Notes under the pieces: generated by a model
Seen by the model: only the letters and a program-made list of their open reading frames with translations
What the model was told of the DNA's origin: nothing
The model's database searches: none
NCBI GenBank assembly: GCA_019358915.1
Contig: JAHHIM010000036.1
Span: 96,001 to 160,000 of the forward strand
Source of the DNA: Trichormus sp. ATA11-4-KO1
Lineage (GTDB): Bacteria; Cyanobacteriota; Cyanobacteriia; Cyanobacteriales; Nostocaceae
Reading direction: 5' to 3'
Length of the DNA: 64,000 bases
Position numbers and translations under genes: made by a program
Shown here: positions 1 to 10,131 of the stretch, piece after piece
Layout of the letters: every line of letters begins with the position of its first letter
How positions within the stretch are numbered: position 1 is the first letter of the stretch

Positions 1-39
1 TTATTGTGACTAATGACTAATGACAAATGACTATAATTT

Positions 40-462
40 ATGCTCAAAAAAAATCACCTAATCGATAAAAATGAGATTGCATCACTAGGTGCATCGCTAC
101 GAGCAATTGAGCAAAAGCTACTTAAACAAGGTTATCAAGAAGGTAATACAAAAATTTGGTTTCAGGGTGAAGAACCTTATTTTGATATATTTTTTGAATG
201 CCACAATGAGGAAATATTATGGTTTCAATTTACGTTAAGAGGTAAATCACTTTCCTGGGATAAAAGAAAACCAGAATTGCAAACGGGGATTACCAACGAA
301 TTGTGTGTTGATGATGTGAGCTTTTATGCAGCTACTAAAACAATTGATAACGATCATCAACCTGATGGGGATTTTATTTATTTAGTGAAATCGATTCTAG
401 CAACTAGAGCAGAAGAACCAATTTTTGTGAAGGCACTGGAATTGTTTAACTTGCCAAAATAG
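40..462 (+). CDS. Hypothetical protein
   Basis: 140-aa ATG ORF; no motif recognised. Confidence 0.7.
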   Translation: MLKKNHLIDKNEIASLGASLRAIEQKLLKQGYQEGNTKIWFQGEEPYFDIFFECHNEEILWFQFTLRGKSLSWDKRKPELQTGITNELCVDDVSFYAATKTIDNDHQPDGDFIYLVKSILATRAEEPIFVKALELFNLPK

Positions 463-544
463 CAGAATGAGAAGGCAGTTCCGATGAAACGAGTTTCACA
501 GCCAAGTATGAAAGAGAGACCAGAAGCTAGAGACTGGAATTTTT

Positions 545-603
545 ACTCAGCACTCAGCACTCAGCACTCAGCACTCAGCACTCAGCACTCAGCACTCAGC
601 ACT
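545..603. repeat. STRR-type heptamer tandem array (ACTCAGC)x8
   Basis: Eight perfect ACTCAGC copies at 545-600, between convergent genes. Confidence 0.95.
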
Positions 604-656
604 TTCAAGTCAGAAGGAAGAAGTCTTCTTTCTTCTTCCCTCTGACTTCGTTAAAA

Positions 657-1157
657 TTATTCAAATCTTTTAAACACGTTAAGCACTACAAAAGTTAGCA
701 CAGCCCCAATTAATCCTAATTGCCACAAACCAAACCCAGCCGCAACTCCTAATCCAGCCGAAACCCAAATAGATGCAGCTGATGTGAGTCCGTGAATTTC
801 TAATTGCTGTGATTGTTGGGAAGATTGACGCACAATTTCTCCAGCACCCAGAAAACCCACACCAGCTGCAATACCTTGGATAACGCGGCTAAGAGCATCA
901 GGATTCGGTGGTAGTATAGCTGTCTGTAGAGGTATGATCATAAACACTGCTGAGCCAAAACTTACCAGCATGTGAGTTCTTAAACCTGCCGGTTTATGCT
1001 TCATTTGGCGTTCTATGCCAATGATTGCCCCGATCAGCAAAGCGAGGCATAGCCTAAAGATGATTTTCAGCGAATCATTGGGCGTCAGGTAGTAAGTGTT
1101 CAACAATTTTGGATCGGGGAAAATACTATATCTTACATTACTTGATAATACTGACAA
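657..1157 (-). CDS. MgtC/SapB family membrane protein (true start may be TTG near 1106)
   Basis: GAIIGIER..KPAGLRTHMLV, SRVIQGIAAGVGFLGAG and GLTSAASIW motifs. Confidence 0.9.
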   Translation of the reverse strand: MSVLSSNVRYSIFPDPKLLNTYYLTPNDSLKIIFRLCLALLIGAIIGIERQMKHKPAGLRTHMLVSFGSAVFMIIPLQTAILPPNPDALSRVIQGIAAGVGFLGAGEIVRQSSQQSQQLEIHGLTSAASIWVSAGLGVAAGFGLWQLGLIGAVLTFVVLNVFKRFE

Positions 1158-1169
1158 CTAACAAATTGA

Positions 1170-3479
1170 GTGGATAAACTCTACTGGCTGGAACAAATTC
1201 AACTGCAAGACCGCGCCAAAGTAGGTGATAAAGCATTTTACTTGAGCAGAATTACGCAGCGTGGCTACCCGGTGGTGCCTGGTTTTGTCGTTTCAGCAGA
1301 AGTTTTACGACAATTTCTGGCAACGCTCAACAGTTCGGAGTCTTTAGTTGCAGACTTACCTGATTCTTCTTTACATTTGGATGTAGCTAATTGGCGTCAA
1401 CTTCAACAGGTAGCTGGTCGCTTGCGTCAGGAAATTATGACAGCGACTGTACCACCGCAATGGGTGAGGACAATTTTTACCGCAGCTAAAGAATGGCAAA
1501 CTAACTATGTGATTTTGCGACCAACTCTGGCATTATCGCCAGCAACATCAGGGGGAGCAAATACATCTGGGTTGCTGGATGCTATTTTTTGTCGCTGCGA
1601 TGAAGAAGCGATCGCCACAGCATTAAAGCGCACCTGGAGTCAGTTGTTTCGGGCTAGAAGTTTACTATATTGGCAGCGCATGGGAATTAGCCTGCAACAA
1701 ATTAATTTAGCCGTGTTGGTGCAACCAGTTCAAAATGCGATCGCCAGTGGTATCCTGTATGCCAACTCTTCAGGGTGGACAATAGAAGCGACCAAGGGCT
1801 TGGGAATTGCGATCGCCAAAGGTGATGTACTCCCAGATGTCTATTACATTCAACAGGAAACTGGGGCAATACTAGAACGACATCTCGGTAATAAAATGCT
1901 GGCTTATCGTTGTGATGATGCGGCAACCGTGGATTCACATCAATCAGTGATCACAGCAGATAATACTGATATAGTGGCCTATGTCCTTGAAGAAGCCCAA
2001 CAAAAACAGTACGCTTTACCGGAAGAATTTCTGCAAACAGTAATCACTCTGGGGAATCAACTTGTGAGTGAAATAGGCGAAAACTTTACCATTAAATGGA
2101 CTATTTCTCAGGAAACCCCAGTCCCCAATCTCTATTTAACTCAAGTGAGTACTCCTCAATCTGTAATTCCCAATTTACAGTTTGTCAAAGGATTAGGGGC
2201 AGCCGGGGGACGCGTAACAGCAACTGCTCATGTAATTAATGCTCAAAAGAAACCAGAACAAATTCCCGCAGGAGTAATTTTAGTAGTACCAACAATTACA
2301 CCAGATTGGTTGCCGTTGTTACAAAAAGTTGTGGCAATTGTCACTGTTCAGGGAGGATTAACTAGCCATGCAGCGATTTTATCTAGAGAATTGGGTATCC
2401 CCGCAGTTGTGAGCGCCACAGACGCCACAGTTTTGATTCAAAACGGTGAACGGTTGCTTGTAGATGGCGACAGGGGAGAAGTTTATCGGCTCAGGAAGGA
2501 CAAAGAAGTTAGTCATCAATCATCAGTAATTAGCCATTCCCCTTTGCCCATTGCTCATTCCCCATCCTCCCCCATGATTGCCACCCAATTGCTAGTTAAC
2601 TTGAGTCAACCTAGTTTAATAGAGCAAGTAAAAAGCCTACCCGTGGATGGAGTCGGCTTGTTACGTTCCGAACTGATGTTGCTCAACACACTAGAAGGGC
2701 AACATCCCCATAGTTGGCTCATAGGTGGCCGTCAGGCAGAATTATTAGAAAAATGGTCTGAGCAAATTCTGCTGTTTGCTCGTGCTTTGTCGCCGCGACC
2801 AGTTTTTTATCGCTCGTTGGATTGGCGATCGCACGAGTTACCATCAGCGAATCATCACCTACATTCTCTCTCACATTCGAGTTTAGGCGATCGCGGTACA
2901 TTCAGCTATCTGCAAAACCCGGCCGTTTTTGAATTGGAACTAGCAGCTTTAGCATCTGTACAAAAAGCTGGCTATAGCAATATTCATCTATTGTTGCCTT
3001 TTGTTCGCAGTGTGGCAGAGTTTTCCTTTTGTCGCGCCAAAGTTGAGCAAGCCGGGTTAACTCAAGTGCCGCAATTTCAACTATGGATCATGGCAGAAGT
3101 ACCAAGTATGCTATTCTTGCTCCCAGAATACGTGAAAGCAGGTGCAGTTGGCATTTCCATTGGTACAAATGACCTCACCCAACTATTACTAGGTGTAGAT
3201 CGAGAACAAGGACAGCTGACAAGAGTGTTGAATGAACGTCATCCGGCTGTCATAAGTGCGATCGCTCAACTGATCCAGATGGCGAAAAATGCGGGGATTC
3301 CTTGTTCAATTTGCGGTCAAGCACCAGTAATTTATCCAGAAATTATTGATCAATTGGTGCAATGGGGCATTACTTCTATTTCTGTGGAACCGGAAGCAGT
3401 GGAGAGGACTTATAGAGCGATCGCCCGTGCTGAGCAAAGGTTAATTTTAGCAGCAGCTCGTCAGCAACTTAATTCGTAA
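1170..3479 (+). CDS. PEP synthase / pyruvate-water-dikinase-like PEP-utilising protein with a divergent N-terminal domain
   Basis: Phospho-His motif GGLTSHAAILSRELGIP; DGVGLLRSE; MAEVP; SIGTNDLTQ; ICGQ. Confidence 0.85.
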   Translation: MDKLYWLEQIQLQDRAKVGDKAFYLSRITQRGYPVVPGFVVSAEVLRQFLATLNSSESLVADLPDSSLHLDVANWRQLQQVAGRLRQEIMTATVPPQWVRTIFTAAKEWQTNYVILRPTLALSPATSGGANTSGLLDAIFCRCDEEAIATALKRTWSQLFRARSLLYWQRMGISLQQINLAVLVQPVQNAIASGILYANSSGWTIEATKGLGIAIAKGDVLPDVYYIQQETGAILERHLGNKMLAYRCDDAATVDSHQSVITADNTDIVAYVLEEAQQKQYALPEEFLQTVITLGNQLVSEIGENFTIKWTISQETPVPNLYLTQVSTPQSVIPNLQFVKGLGAAGGRVTATAHVINAQKKPEQIPAGVILVVPTITPDWLPLLQKVVAIVTVQGGLTSHAAILSRELGIPAVVSATDATVLIQNGERLLVDGDRGEVYRLRKDKEVSHQSSVISHSPLPIAHSPSSPMIATQLLVNLSQPSLIEQVKSLPVDGVGLLRSELMLLNTLEGQHPHSWLIGGRQAELLEKWSEQILLFARALSPRPVFYRSLDWRSHELPSANHHLHSLSHSSLGDRGTFSYLQNPAVFELELAALASVQKAGYSNIHLLLPFVRSVAEFSFCRAKVEQAGLTQVPQFQLWIMAEVPSMLFLLPEYVKAGAVGISIGTNDLTQLLLGVDREQGQLTRVLNERHPAVISAIAQLIQMAKNAGIPCSICGQAPVIYPEIIDQLVQWGITSISVEPEAVERTYRAIARAEQRLILAAARQQLNS

Positions 3480-3622
3480 TTCGTAATATTTCCTATGGCT
3501 ACGCCACGCTGCGCTATCGGAAACGCTGCGCGAATGTAATTCGTAATTTAATAACTGGGAATTACAAACCTTCATGAGTTTTACCTAACGTTGATTACAC
3601 AGCATCCCGCAATTCTGCGAAT

Positions 3623-4420
3623 TTACTTAATATATCCAGTTTCCCGCAAAAATTGACGTAAACTAGCGAAGAATTGAGTGCGATCACTTTGTTTATAAGC
3701 CTGTTGTACACGCTGCCAACCATCCTGCTCCTGACCTAGCATATACTTATCTGCTAAGTAAGATGCTAAAAAACCCTTACCATCATCACCTTGTCGCCGC
3801 GCCTCGGTGTAGGTTTGCCATTGTTCAAAGGCATGATTATAAATTAACTGGGGATAGCGACGAGTAATATCAATCATCTTCCCTTGACGATACTGCCAAA
3901 TTTGTAGTGGGTAACCAGATGCAGCATAGGATGTAAAAGCATAAGCAAAGCGATCGTCTTGACTAATAAACTCTTGTACTCCATCCTGATCTACATCTTT
4001 GAGTTGATAACCACCATTACCCCATTCATGACGAATCTGAGTGTATCGCTGGGATTTACTGTCATAACGGTAAATTAATGAATATGTACAACAGTGCGCT
4101 CCCCCTGTAAAGAAATCAGCAATTATTTCTGGTTCTTTATTGCCATCTAAGTCCAGTACTGGCAACTTATTGTCTGTAAATAACCCTCCAATAGGTCGGT
4201 CATATTCGCTATCTTGGGGCAGTTTTTGATCCACAATAGTTTTACCTGCCCGGATAATTTGCAAACGAACGTCTTTATACTGGTATTCCTCTGATTGTTC
4301 GTAGGATATTTCTGCCCGGATATTGCCCCCTTGCCCAGTGATTATTTCTGCCTTACTAGACTGAGTAAAGATAGCCATTATGCTCACAAAAGCTAAACCG
4401 ACTAAAGATTTACTAATCAT
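3623..4420 (-). CDS. Secreted hypothetical protein with DxDGD/DxDGN-type repeats
   Basis: N-terminal signal-like segment; DLDGNKEPE, DVDQDG, TGGAHCC. Confidence 0.75.
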   Translation of the reverse strand: MISKSLVGLAFVSIMAIFTQSSKAEIITGQGGNIRAEISYEQSEEYQYKDVRLQIIRAGKTIVDQKLPQDSEYDRPIGGLFTDNKLPVLDLDGNKEPEIIADFFTGGAHCCTYSLIYRYDSKSQRYTQIRHEWGNGGYQLKDVDQDGVQEFISQDDRFAYAFTSYAASGYPLQIWQYRQGKMIDITRRYPQLIYNHAFEQWQTYTEARRQGDDGKGFLASYLADKYMLGQEQDGWQRVQQAYKQSDRTQFFASLRQFLRETGYIK

Positions 4421-4468
4421 GGGTGTTGTATATAGTTAGCTTCAACTTATACAACACCACAAAAACCA

Positions 4469-5632
4469 TCAATATCGGAAAATAGCTGCTACTGGTGCGC
4501 CATTTGGCATGTTTTCTGAATTAAGAGTATACACTTTGCCACCGTTTAAGAGAGTATGAATAGCGGCAAAATCTAACATATCGTCATCGTCTGGCTCTGG
4601 TTCTGAGTGTAAATCTACAGTCATGTTATCTGGATCAAATTTGCCCCAGATTTGCATATCTACTGGCACAAACATCGAATCTACTCTGTGACAATAAGTC
4701 GCTGACACGATTTCTTTAATATCACTAGAAGCTGTACCAGTACCAGCTAGTTGCTGATAAAGCGCCATTGCTGATTGCTGATTTTCATGAAACAAAGGTT
4801 TGACGATAGGCCAAGCCTGTTGATGCAACTCTTCTGGTTTCATTACTTCGGGATTACCAGTAATACCTGACTCGACAAAATGAGGATAAGTATTGGCCTC
4901 TTGGTAAATCGGGAATAGATACTCAACCCCTGCTAACACTAAAGGTGCATTTTGCCCTCGGATTTTCTCATGTACCGCCCTATCAACAATGTGAAAAAAC
5001 TGTAATATGTCTGCCTGGCGTTTATCTGTATCGGGACTTCCCTGACCATGAAAATCACCCGGTTGTTGAAACGGATTAGCGGTTCCCCCTTTAGATGTGG
5101 CAATACGATGTTGCACCCCTTTTTGAATATCGTCCTCCATCAGAGCTTCCTCCATACTCTGAGGCATATTTTCTACTTCCACTTCATTGAGGCTGTATCG
5201 CGTTCCTGCAAAAAACCTGACATCTTTTTGACTAAGAGCTAGGAGATAAAAGTGTCCATCACTGTTAATTAAATGCAACAATGGCTTTATATGGAAGCAA
5301 TCGCTAACAACTACCAATTCTTGAAACTCCATTGGCAGACGGTAATAGCGAAACATCTGGGGAGAAATAAAGACTGCTAATCCGTGGTCTTGATGTTCCC
5401 AAAAATCAGTCGTATCAAGTTCCTTAACTGGCTGGAGAAAATCTATCGCCTCAGTGCGGCGAATCCCCATAGCATCCAAACGTTCCTCAGCTTCCCGGGT
5501 TAAATTTTTAAAACGAATTGGATTTTGTCGAATCTCTGGCCCCGCCTTTTGCATAGGCATGTACAAAGATACACAAGGACTTTGAGAATTTTCAACTAAA
5601 ATTTTTAGTTCATCAACAGATAATAGTGTCAT
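4469..5632 (-). CDS. Bacterial archaeo-eukaryotic release factor (baeRF3/baeRF7-like) family protein
   Basis: PCVSLYMP, NPIRFKNL, GLAVF, PLVLAGV, GNP, C-terminal AAIFRY. Confidence 0.8.
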   Translation of the reverse strand: MTLLSVDELKILVENSQSPCVSLYMPMQKAGPEIRQNPIRFKNLTREAEERLDAMGIRRTEAIDFLQPVKELDTTDFWEHQDHGLAVFISPQMFRYYRLPMEFQELVVVSDCFHIKPLLHLINSDGHFYLLALSQKDVRFFAGTRYSLNEVEVENMPQSMEEALMEDDIQKGVQHRIATSKGGTANPFQQPGDFHGQGSPDTDKRQADILQFFHIVDRAVHEKIRGQNAPLVLAGVEYLFPIYQEANTYPHFVESGITGNPEVMKPEELHQQAWPIVKPLFHENQQSAMALYQQLAGTGTASSDIKEIVSATYCHRVDSMFVPVDMQIWGKFDPDNMTVDLHSEPEPDDDDMLDFAAIHTLLNGGKVYTLNSENMPNGAPVAAIFRY

Positions 5633-5797
5633 ATTATGGAACTCCTATCAATTAAAGCTAAAGAATCTAAATTCATTACAAAACATGAATCATCAAAATT
5701 CATCTTGCTTTTGATAAGAAATTTCCTACTACATACACCATTCTTTAGATAGATAAATAACCTCTTCCCTCATAGAAAACCTCACTTACTAACAAAA

Positions 5798-5830
5798 ATC
5801 TCACCGACTTTTTAAATAAATCGGTGAGAT
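5798..5830. terminator. Inverted repeat downstream of the DUF1361 gene
   Basis: ATCTCACCGA...TCGGTGAGAT stem. Confidence 0.5.
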
Positions 5831-5857
5831 GAGCCTCTCGTTTTTGAAGTTTAATAA

Positions 5858-6511
5858 TTAAGAGATATCAGTATTAGTTCGCCGTGATTGAATAGCTAAT
5901 CCATTTTGTGGTTGGCTAACAAATCCCAAAGATGCTCGTTTCATAATCCAGTACAAACCTACAAGAATTACAAAGGTAATAGCAATAATTACTAAAGGCT
6001 GTTTACCAAGTAATTCCTCTACACCTTTGGTTAGTAAAGCATCGGGTTGAGTCACAAAATCCCAACTATTGAAACGCAGGAACCGACCCCAATAAATACC
6101 AATTGCACAAAGAGCATGGGTAATTAATTCAACTCCCAAAATCCATTGAGATTTACCAATGCGGTGTAAATAGTAGCCCAAATTAATTAATGATATGACA
6201 TAAGCTTCAAACCCAGCCAGAATTACCAGTAAATAAATAGGAATTAGCACCAAGGTGATCATCCACACTGATTGAATCCTGCGCATATCGTCTATGAAAT
6301 GAATTACATCAGTCAACAAATAAGGTGCATTTGGTAAGAATGCAAAGAAAACCAGGAACCCTAGCCACCAAACCCAAGAGCGTCCGCGTTTGGTGCGGAA
6401 TAGCCAAACACTCAAAGCCAAAGGTATAAAAGCTAGAAATAAATTCCAAGTCATCCAACGCATATTGACGCGTAAGACTCCTAAAAATGTAGCTATCAAT
6501 TCCTCTTTCAT
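5858..6511 (-). CDS. DUF1361 family membrane protein
   Basis: WNLFLAFIP, FLPNAPYLLTD and GRFLRFNSWD motifs. Confidence 0.85.
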   Translation of the reverse strand: MKEELIATFLGVLRVNMRWMTWNLFLAFIPLALSVWLFRTKRGRSWVWWLGFLVFFAFLPNAPYLLTDVIHFIDDMRRIQSVWMITLVLIPIYLLVILAGFEAYVISLINLGYYLHRIGKSQWILGVELITHALCAIGIYWGRFLRFNSWDFVTQPDALLTKGVEELLGKQPLVIIAITFVILVGLYWIMKRASLGFVSQPQNGLAIQSRRTNTDIS

Positions 6512-6748
6512 AGTTCCTTACTCACAAGAAATTTGATGGACAAAATCTGACTATGAGGGTTAGGTTGTGAAAATTGCTACTGCTAATTTTTTTAATAAAC
6601 GCACTAAGTAACCAGTATAGCTAGAAACTCACCAAGGGCAAATAAATTACAAAAATAAGGTTCTCAATAGAGACTTTTGCCGCTACTAAGAACTTCTAAT
6701 TAAGGATATCGCTTTTTTCCTGACTATATATTTTGATGGCGTATAATT

Positions 6749-7969
6749 TTAACGCACCAAAACTCGACTGCGGGGGCCAATTGCTTGTTTAGATGTTGTA
6801 GGTCTTGTACGGCAATTCACAGAATCGGATAAACAACTACCTGAATTAACGGTAGATGCTTCTAAGCCAACTGGATTGATGGCAAATGAATTACCACTAC
6901 TGAATTCTATGGTGGGTTCAATAGAGGGTGATGGAAATTTAGACCCATTTGTGTCAGTCAAAGTTGCCGATGAAGTAAATGTCGGAGGTATGGCTTCACT
7001 AGATACACTATGGATTGTTGTGGGAGCAGGCGCATCACTTAATGGTGCTGGGGGAGGTGCAGGTACTGGCGCGGGTGCAGGTGTTGGAGGAGGTGTAGGT
7101 ACTGAGGGAGGTGCAGGTACTGAGGGAGGTGCAGGTGCTGGCGCAGGTGTAGATGCTGGGGGAGGCGCAGGTACTGGCACAGGTGCTGGAGGAGGTGCAG
7201 GTACTGGCACAGGTGCTGGAGGAGGTGCAGGTACTGGCGTTGGTGCTGGCGTAGGACTTTGGGGAGTGATGGGTGTTGCCTCTGCGGGTACTTTAATTGT
7301 TAATCGTACCAAGGGAGAGTTGGTTATTTGCCAGGTTGTGACTGTTGGCCGACCTGGTAAGTCAGACTTAAAATCAAAGACAGTCGGACTATCACCACCA
7401 TTGCGATCGCTATATCTTGGCCCTTGTCCACTCACTTCAAAAGTACCCTGATACTGTTGTCCAGTATTGGGGTCAGTAACAATACCAGTATAAAAGCCTC
7501 TTGTGAGTCCAAATTCATCCTGAACTACACCTTGAAATTGAGTTCCTGGTATTTTTCCTTGGTAAGTAAATGGTGTCAATTCCCCAGCAGATAGGGCTGG
7601 CGAGTTGAGAATCCCATTTAAGGAAATCACCGGAATACCTTTAAAATCGACAAAGTGATGTAGACTCCCATCCGCGCGTGTTGCTACCCTCACATAGTCT
7701 GATTGGTAGACAGGAACGTAATTGGGATTATTTCTGGAACCTGTGTTGCGGTAGTAAGTACCACTGGAATCGGTATCAATGCGAGTAATTCGGTTATTAA
7801 AATTGGGATTAAAGCTAGGAAGTTGGAGAGTTCCTGACAATGTACCAGTGCTTTGAATTGTGATTTGAGCCGAAGCACTAGTTCCTCCTAAACCAAGGAT
7901 GCAGGCTGCTAAACTGCTACCACTAACAATCGCAAAACCCAACTTAGTAGCTGATGAACTTAATTGCAT
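6749..7969 (-). CDS. Secreted protein with a Pro/Ala-rich repeat linker
   Basis: Signal peptide ending ASA-Q; tandem (PAPPPAPVPV)-type repeats; AAGGAG RBS upstream. Confidence 0.8.
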   Translation of the reverse strand: MQLSSSATKLGFAIVSGSSLAACILGLGGTSASAQITIQSTGTLSGTLQLPSFNPNFNNRITRIDTDSSGTYYRNTGSRNNPNYVPVYQSDYVRVATRADGSLHHFVDFKGIPVISLNGILNSPALSAGELTPFTYQGKIPGTQFQGVVQDEFGLTRGFYTGIVTDPNTGQQYQGTFEVSGQGPRYSDRNGGDSPTVFDFKSDLPGRPTVTTWQITNSPLVRLTIKVPAEATPITPQSPTPAPTPVPAPPPAPVPVPAPPPAPVPVPAPPPASTPAPAPAPPSVPAPPSVPTPPPTPAPAPVPAPPPAPLSDAPAPTTIHSVSSEAIPPTFTSSATLTDTNGSKFPSPSIEPTIEFSSGNSFAINPVGLEASTVNSGSCLSDSVNCRTRPTTSKQAIGPRSRVLVR

Positions 7970-8146
7970 GAAAAATTAACTCCTTATATTGATCAGGGGA
8001 GTGGGGACAAGGGGACAAGGGGAGTGGGAGAATAATTAACTAATGCCCAATGCCCAATGCCTCTTTTACTTTTGCTGTTCGCTAATAGTTGGGAATTACG
8101 TACTAGGGGTTTTACCCCTGGTGATTACATTTACATCAATACAAAA

Positions 8147-10039
8147 TTAAAACCGGAAGGTTGCTCTTAATGCTCCAACTACCAAGGGGTCATTGGCAGC
8201 GTTGTGATCAGGATTGAAAATGACAAATAAGCCTGGTGTCAGAGCAAGATTTTCATTAATTTGGGTGCGATAAAAAACTTCTACGTGGAGCGATGTATCG
8301 CTGCGTCCGCCTGGTGTTCCACCATCGGAAAAGTTAGGGAAATTTAATCCGTCGGGTAAGGTACTGGAGGTAATTTTGGGAGGTTGTCCGACGAGAATTC
8401 CTCCCAAATTGCCAGTGCGTAACAAATTAGGAAAAGCCGCAAATACCATCCAGTTTGTGGTTTCTACACTTCCTGAGAGGTCAACTGGTTTTGAGGAAGA
8501 AAAACCTCCCCAACCGCCCAACTGTAAGTTCGGGTTAACGCGCCATGCGACAGTTGCCCCCACAGCATGGGTGTTAAAAGCTGTAGTATCTACGAAAGGT
8601 GACATTAATTGAGCGTCACCAACACCGATTCCTAGCAAGTCATTAGGAGAGTGAGAGTACAGGTAATGTACCCCGGCATCTATATTATTCGTGGGTGCTA
8701 AAGTTAGTTGAGCGCCTGCTGTGTATCTACCACCAAATAGTCCAGCTTGATTGATATTGCCGGGAAAGGCAGGAATTTCAGCACTATAAACGCCTTGTAA
8801 ACTGATGCGATCGCTAATTTGCCAGTCAAAGCCTATACCACCGGTGCCGTTACCAATATTTAAAATCGGGTTACGCTGAGCAAATTGAGAAATTGCGCCA
8901 TCACCAGAACCTTCTAAAGGGTTAATACCACGAAAGGTGTTAATTGGGTTGACGCCAGCCGTACCGACAACGATTCCTAAGTTATCCGATACGGAAAATC
9001 TATAAGATAAGTCATTAAGAACTAAATTATTTTCTGTATTAGACTCGAAACTCAATCTCCCCATATTGGTAAATATTAACGGTGCTGTAGATGCCAAATT
9101 GCCCGCAGATAGACCTGTTAACAGTAAATCTTTTCCTGTAAACGAAGTTGCCAAAGTTAGTTGCACGCTATTTGCAAAAGTTAGATTTGCTTGACCCCGA
9201 CGTTCCGGGATTCCATCTCTGGGAAACAAATCTACATTGGTGCTGTTTGTTCCCTGAATGCTAAAAATTGCTTGACCGAATAATCTAGTAGTTGGAGAAA
9301 ATTGATTTGCTTGCAACTGGTCAGTCCGCTTTTCGAGTTTTTCCACACGCTGCTGTAATTGCTGTAACTCTTCCCGAAACTCGGTTTGCAATCGTTGCAA
9401 TAGAATTAAATCTTCATGATTAATCTGATTATTTTTATGATTAATAATTAATGCGGGAATTTTTTCTAGGCAAGTGTTTAAACCAGCTGCAAATTCATAA
9501 CGACTAATAGCATGATTACCTTGATATTTGCCAGATGGATATCCAGTAATGCAGCCATAACGCTCTACTAAAGACTGTAAAGCACCAAAAGCCCAGTCAG
9601 AAGGTTGTACATCATCCAGTTGAGACACCGATGTGACTGATGACATCTGCATCTGGTCGTCTGAGTCTGGAGAGGGTGAGGGCGATGGGGTGAATTCTGC
9701 TGTGCTTTCTAGTTCAGGTTTTTCGCTGATTACAAGCTGGGATTTCTGAGATTTAGATAAGATGGCAGCGCTTTGAGAATCAGCTTTATCTGTAATTCTC
9801 CTAAGTAAATTTTGATGCTCTTGGTTTGAGTCTGAGGAAATGTCCTGGAGACTACCATCCGAGGGCATGAATTCGGGTGATGTGATGTCAGCATCTGGGA
9901 ATATTTGAGCTAATTGTTCCTGGTTTGAATGCTGTATTGCTCTTTCTGACTCAATTACAGGCTGTTCTGGTAAGTTGTTGGGCAAAGATGTCTGCCCTGC
10001 TGTTAATACACCTACCATCAGTAGACTTATATCACTCAT
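8147..10039 (-). CDS. SLH-domain outer-membrane porin (cyanobacterial OprB / iron-uptake porin family)
   Basis: DVQPSDWAFGALQSLVERYGC SLH motif, coiled coil, QFSPTT, C-terminal LRATFRF; ATG start taken at 10039. Confidence 0.9.
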   Translation of the reverse strand: MSDISLLMVGVLTAGQTSLPNNLPEQPVIESERAIQHSNQEQLAQIFPDADITSPEFMPSDGSLQDISSDSNQEHQNLLRRITDKADSQSAAILSKSQKSQLVISEKPELESTAEFTPSPSPSPDSDDQMQMSSVTSVSQLDDVQPSDWAFGALQSLVERYGCITGYPSGKYQGNHAISRYEFAAGLNTCLEKIPALIINHKNNQINHEDLILLQRLQTEFREELQQLQQRVEKLEKRTDQLQANQFSPTTRLFGQAIFSIQGTNSTNVDLFPRDGIPERRGQANLTFANSVQLTLATSFTGKDLLLTGLSAGNLASTAPLIFTNMGRLSFESNTENNLVLNDLSYRFSVSDNLGIVVGTAGVNPINTFRGINPLEGSGDGAISQFAQRNPILNIGNGTGGIGFDWQISDRISLQGVYSAEIPAFPGNINQAGLFGGRYTAGAQLTLAPTNNIDAGVHYLYSHSPNDLLGIGVGDAQLMSPFVDTTAFNTHAVGATVAWRVNPNLQLGGWGGFSSSKPVDLSGSVETTNWMVFAAFPNLLRTGNLGGILVGQPPKITSSTLPDGLNFPNFSDGGTPGGRSDTSLHVEVFYRTQINENLALTPGLFVIFNPDHNAANDPLVVGALRATFRF

Positions 10040-10131
10040 TGTATCCCAGTTGACTGAACACCAATATTTACTTTGACAAAGCAAGTTGGTGTTCCTCAGG
10101 AATATTCCTGAAAATCAAGTAATAAAAATTA

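Noticed and set aside
545..603. Tandem arrays as CRISPR
   Set aside because: Heptamers without spacers; no cas genes in the window.
6876..7451. 191-aa Gly/Ala-rich + strand ORF
   Set aside because: Antisense shadow of the Pro-rich repeat gene; no independent signals.
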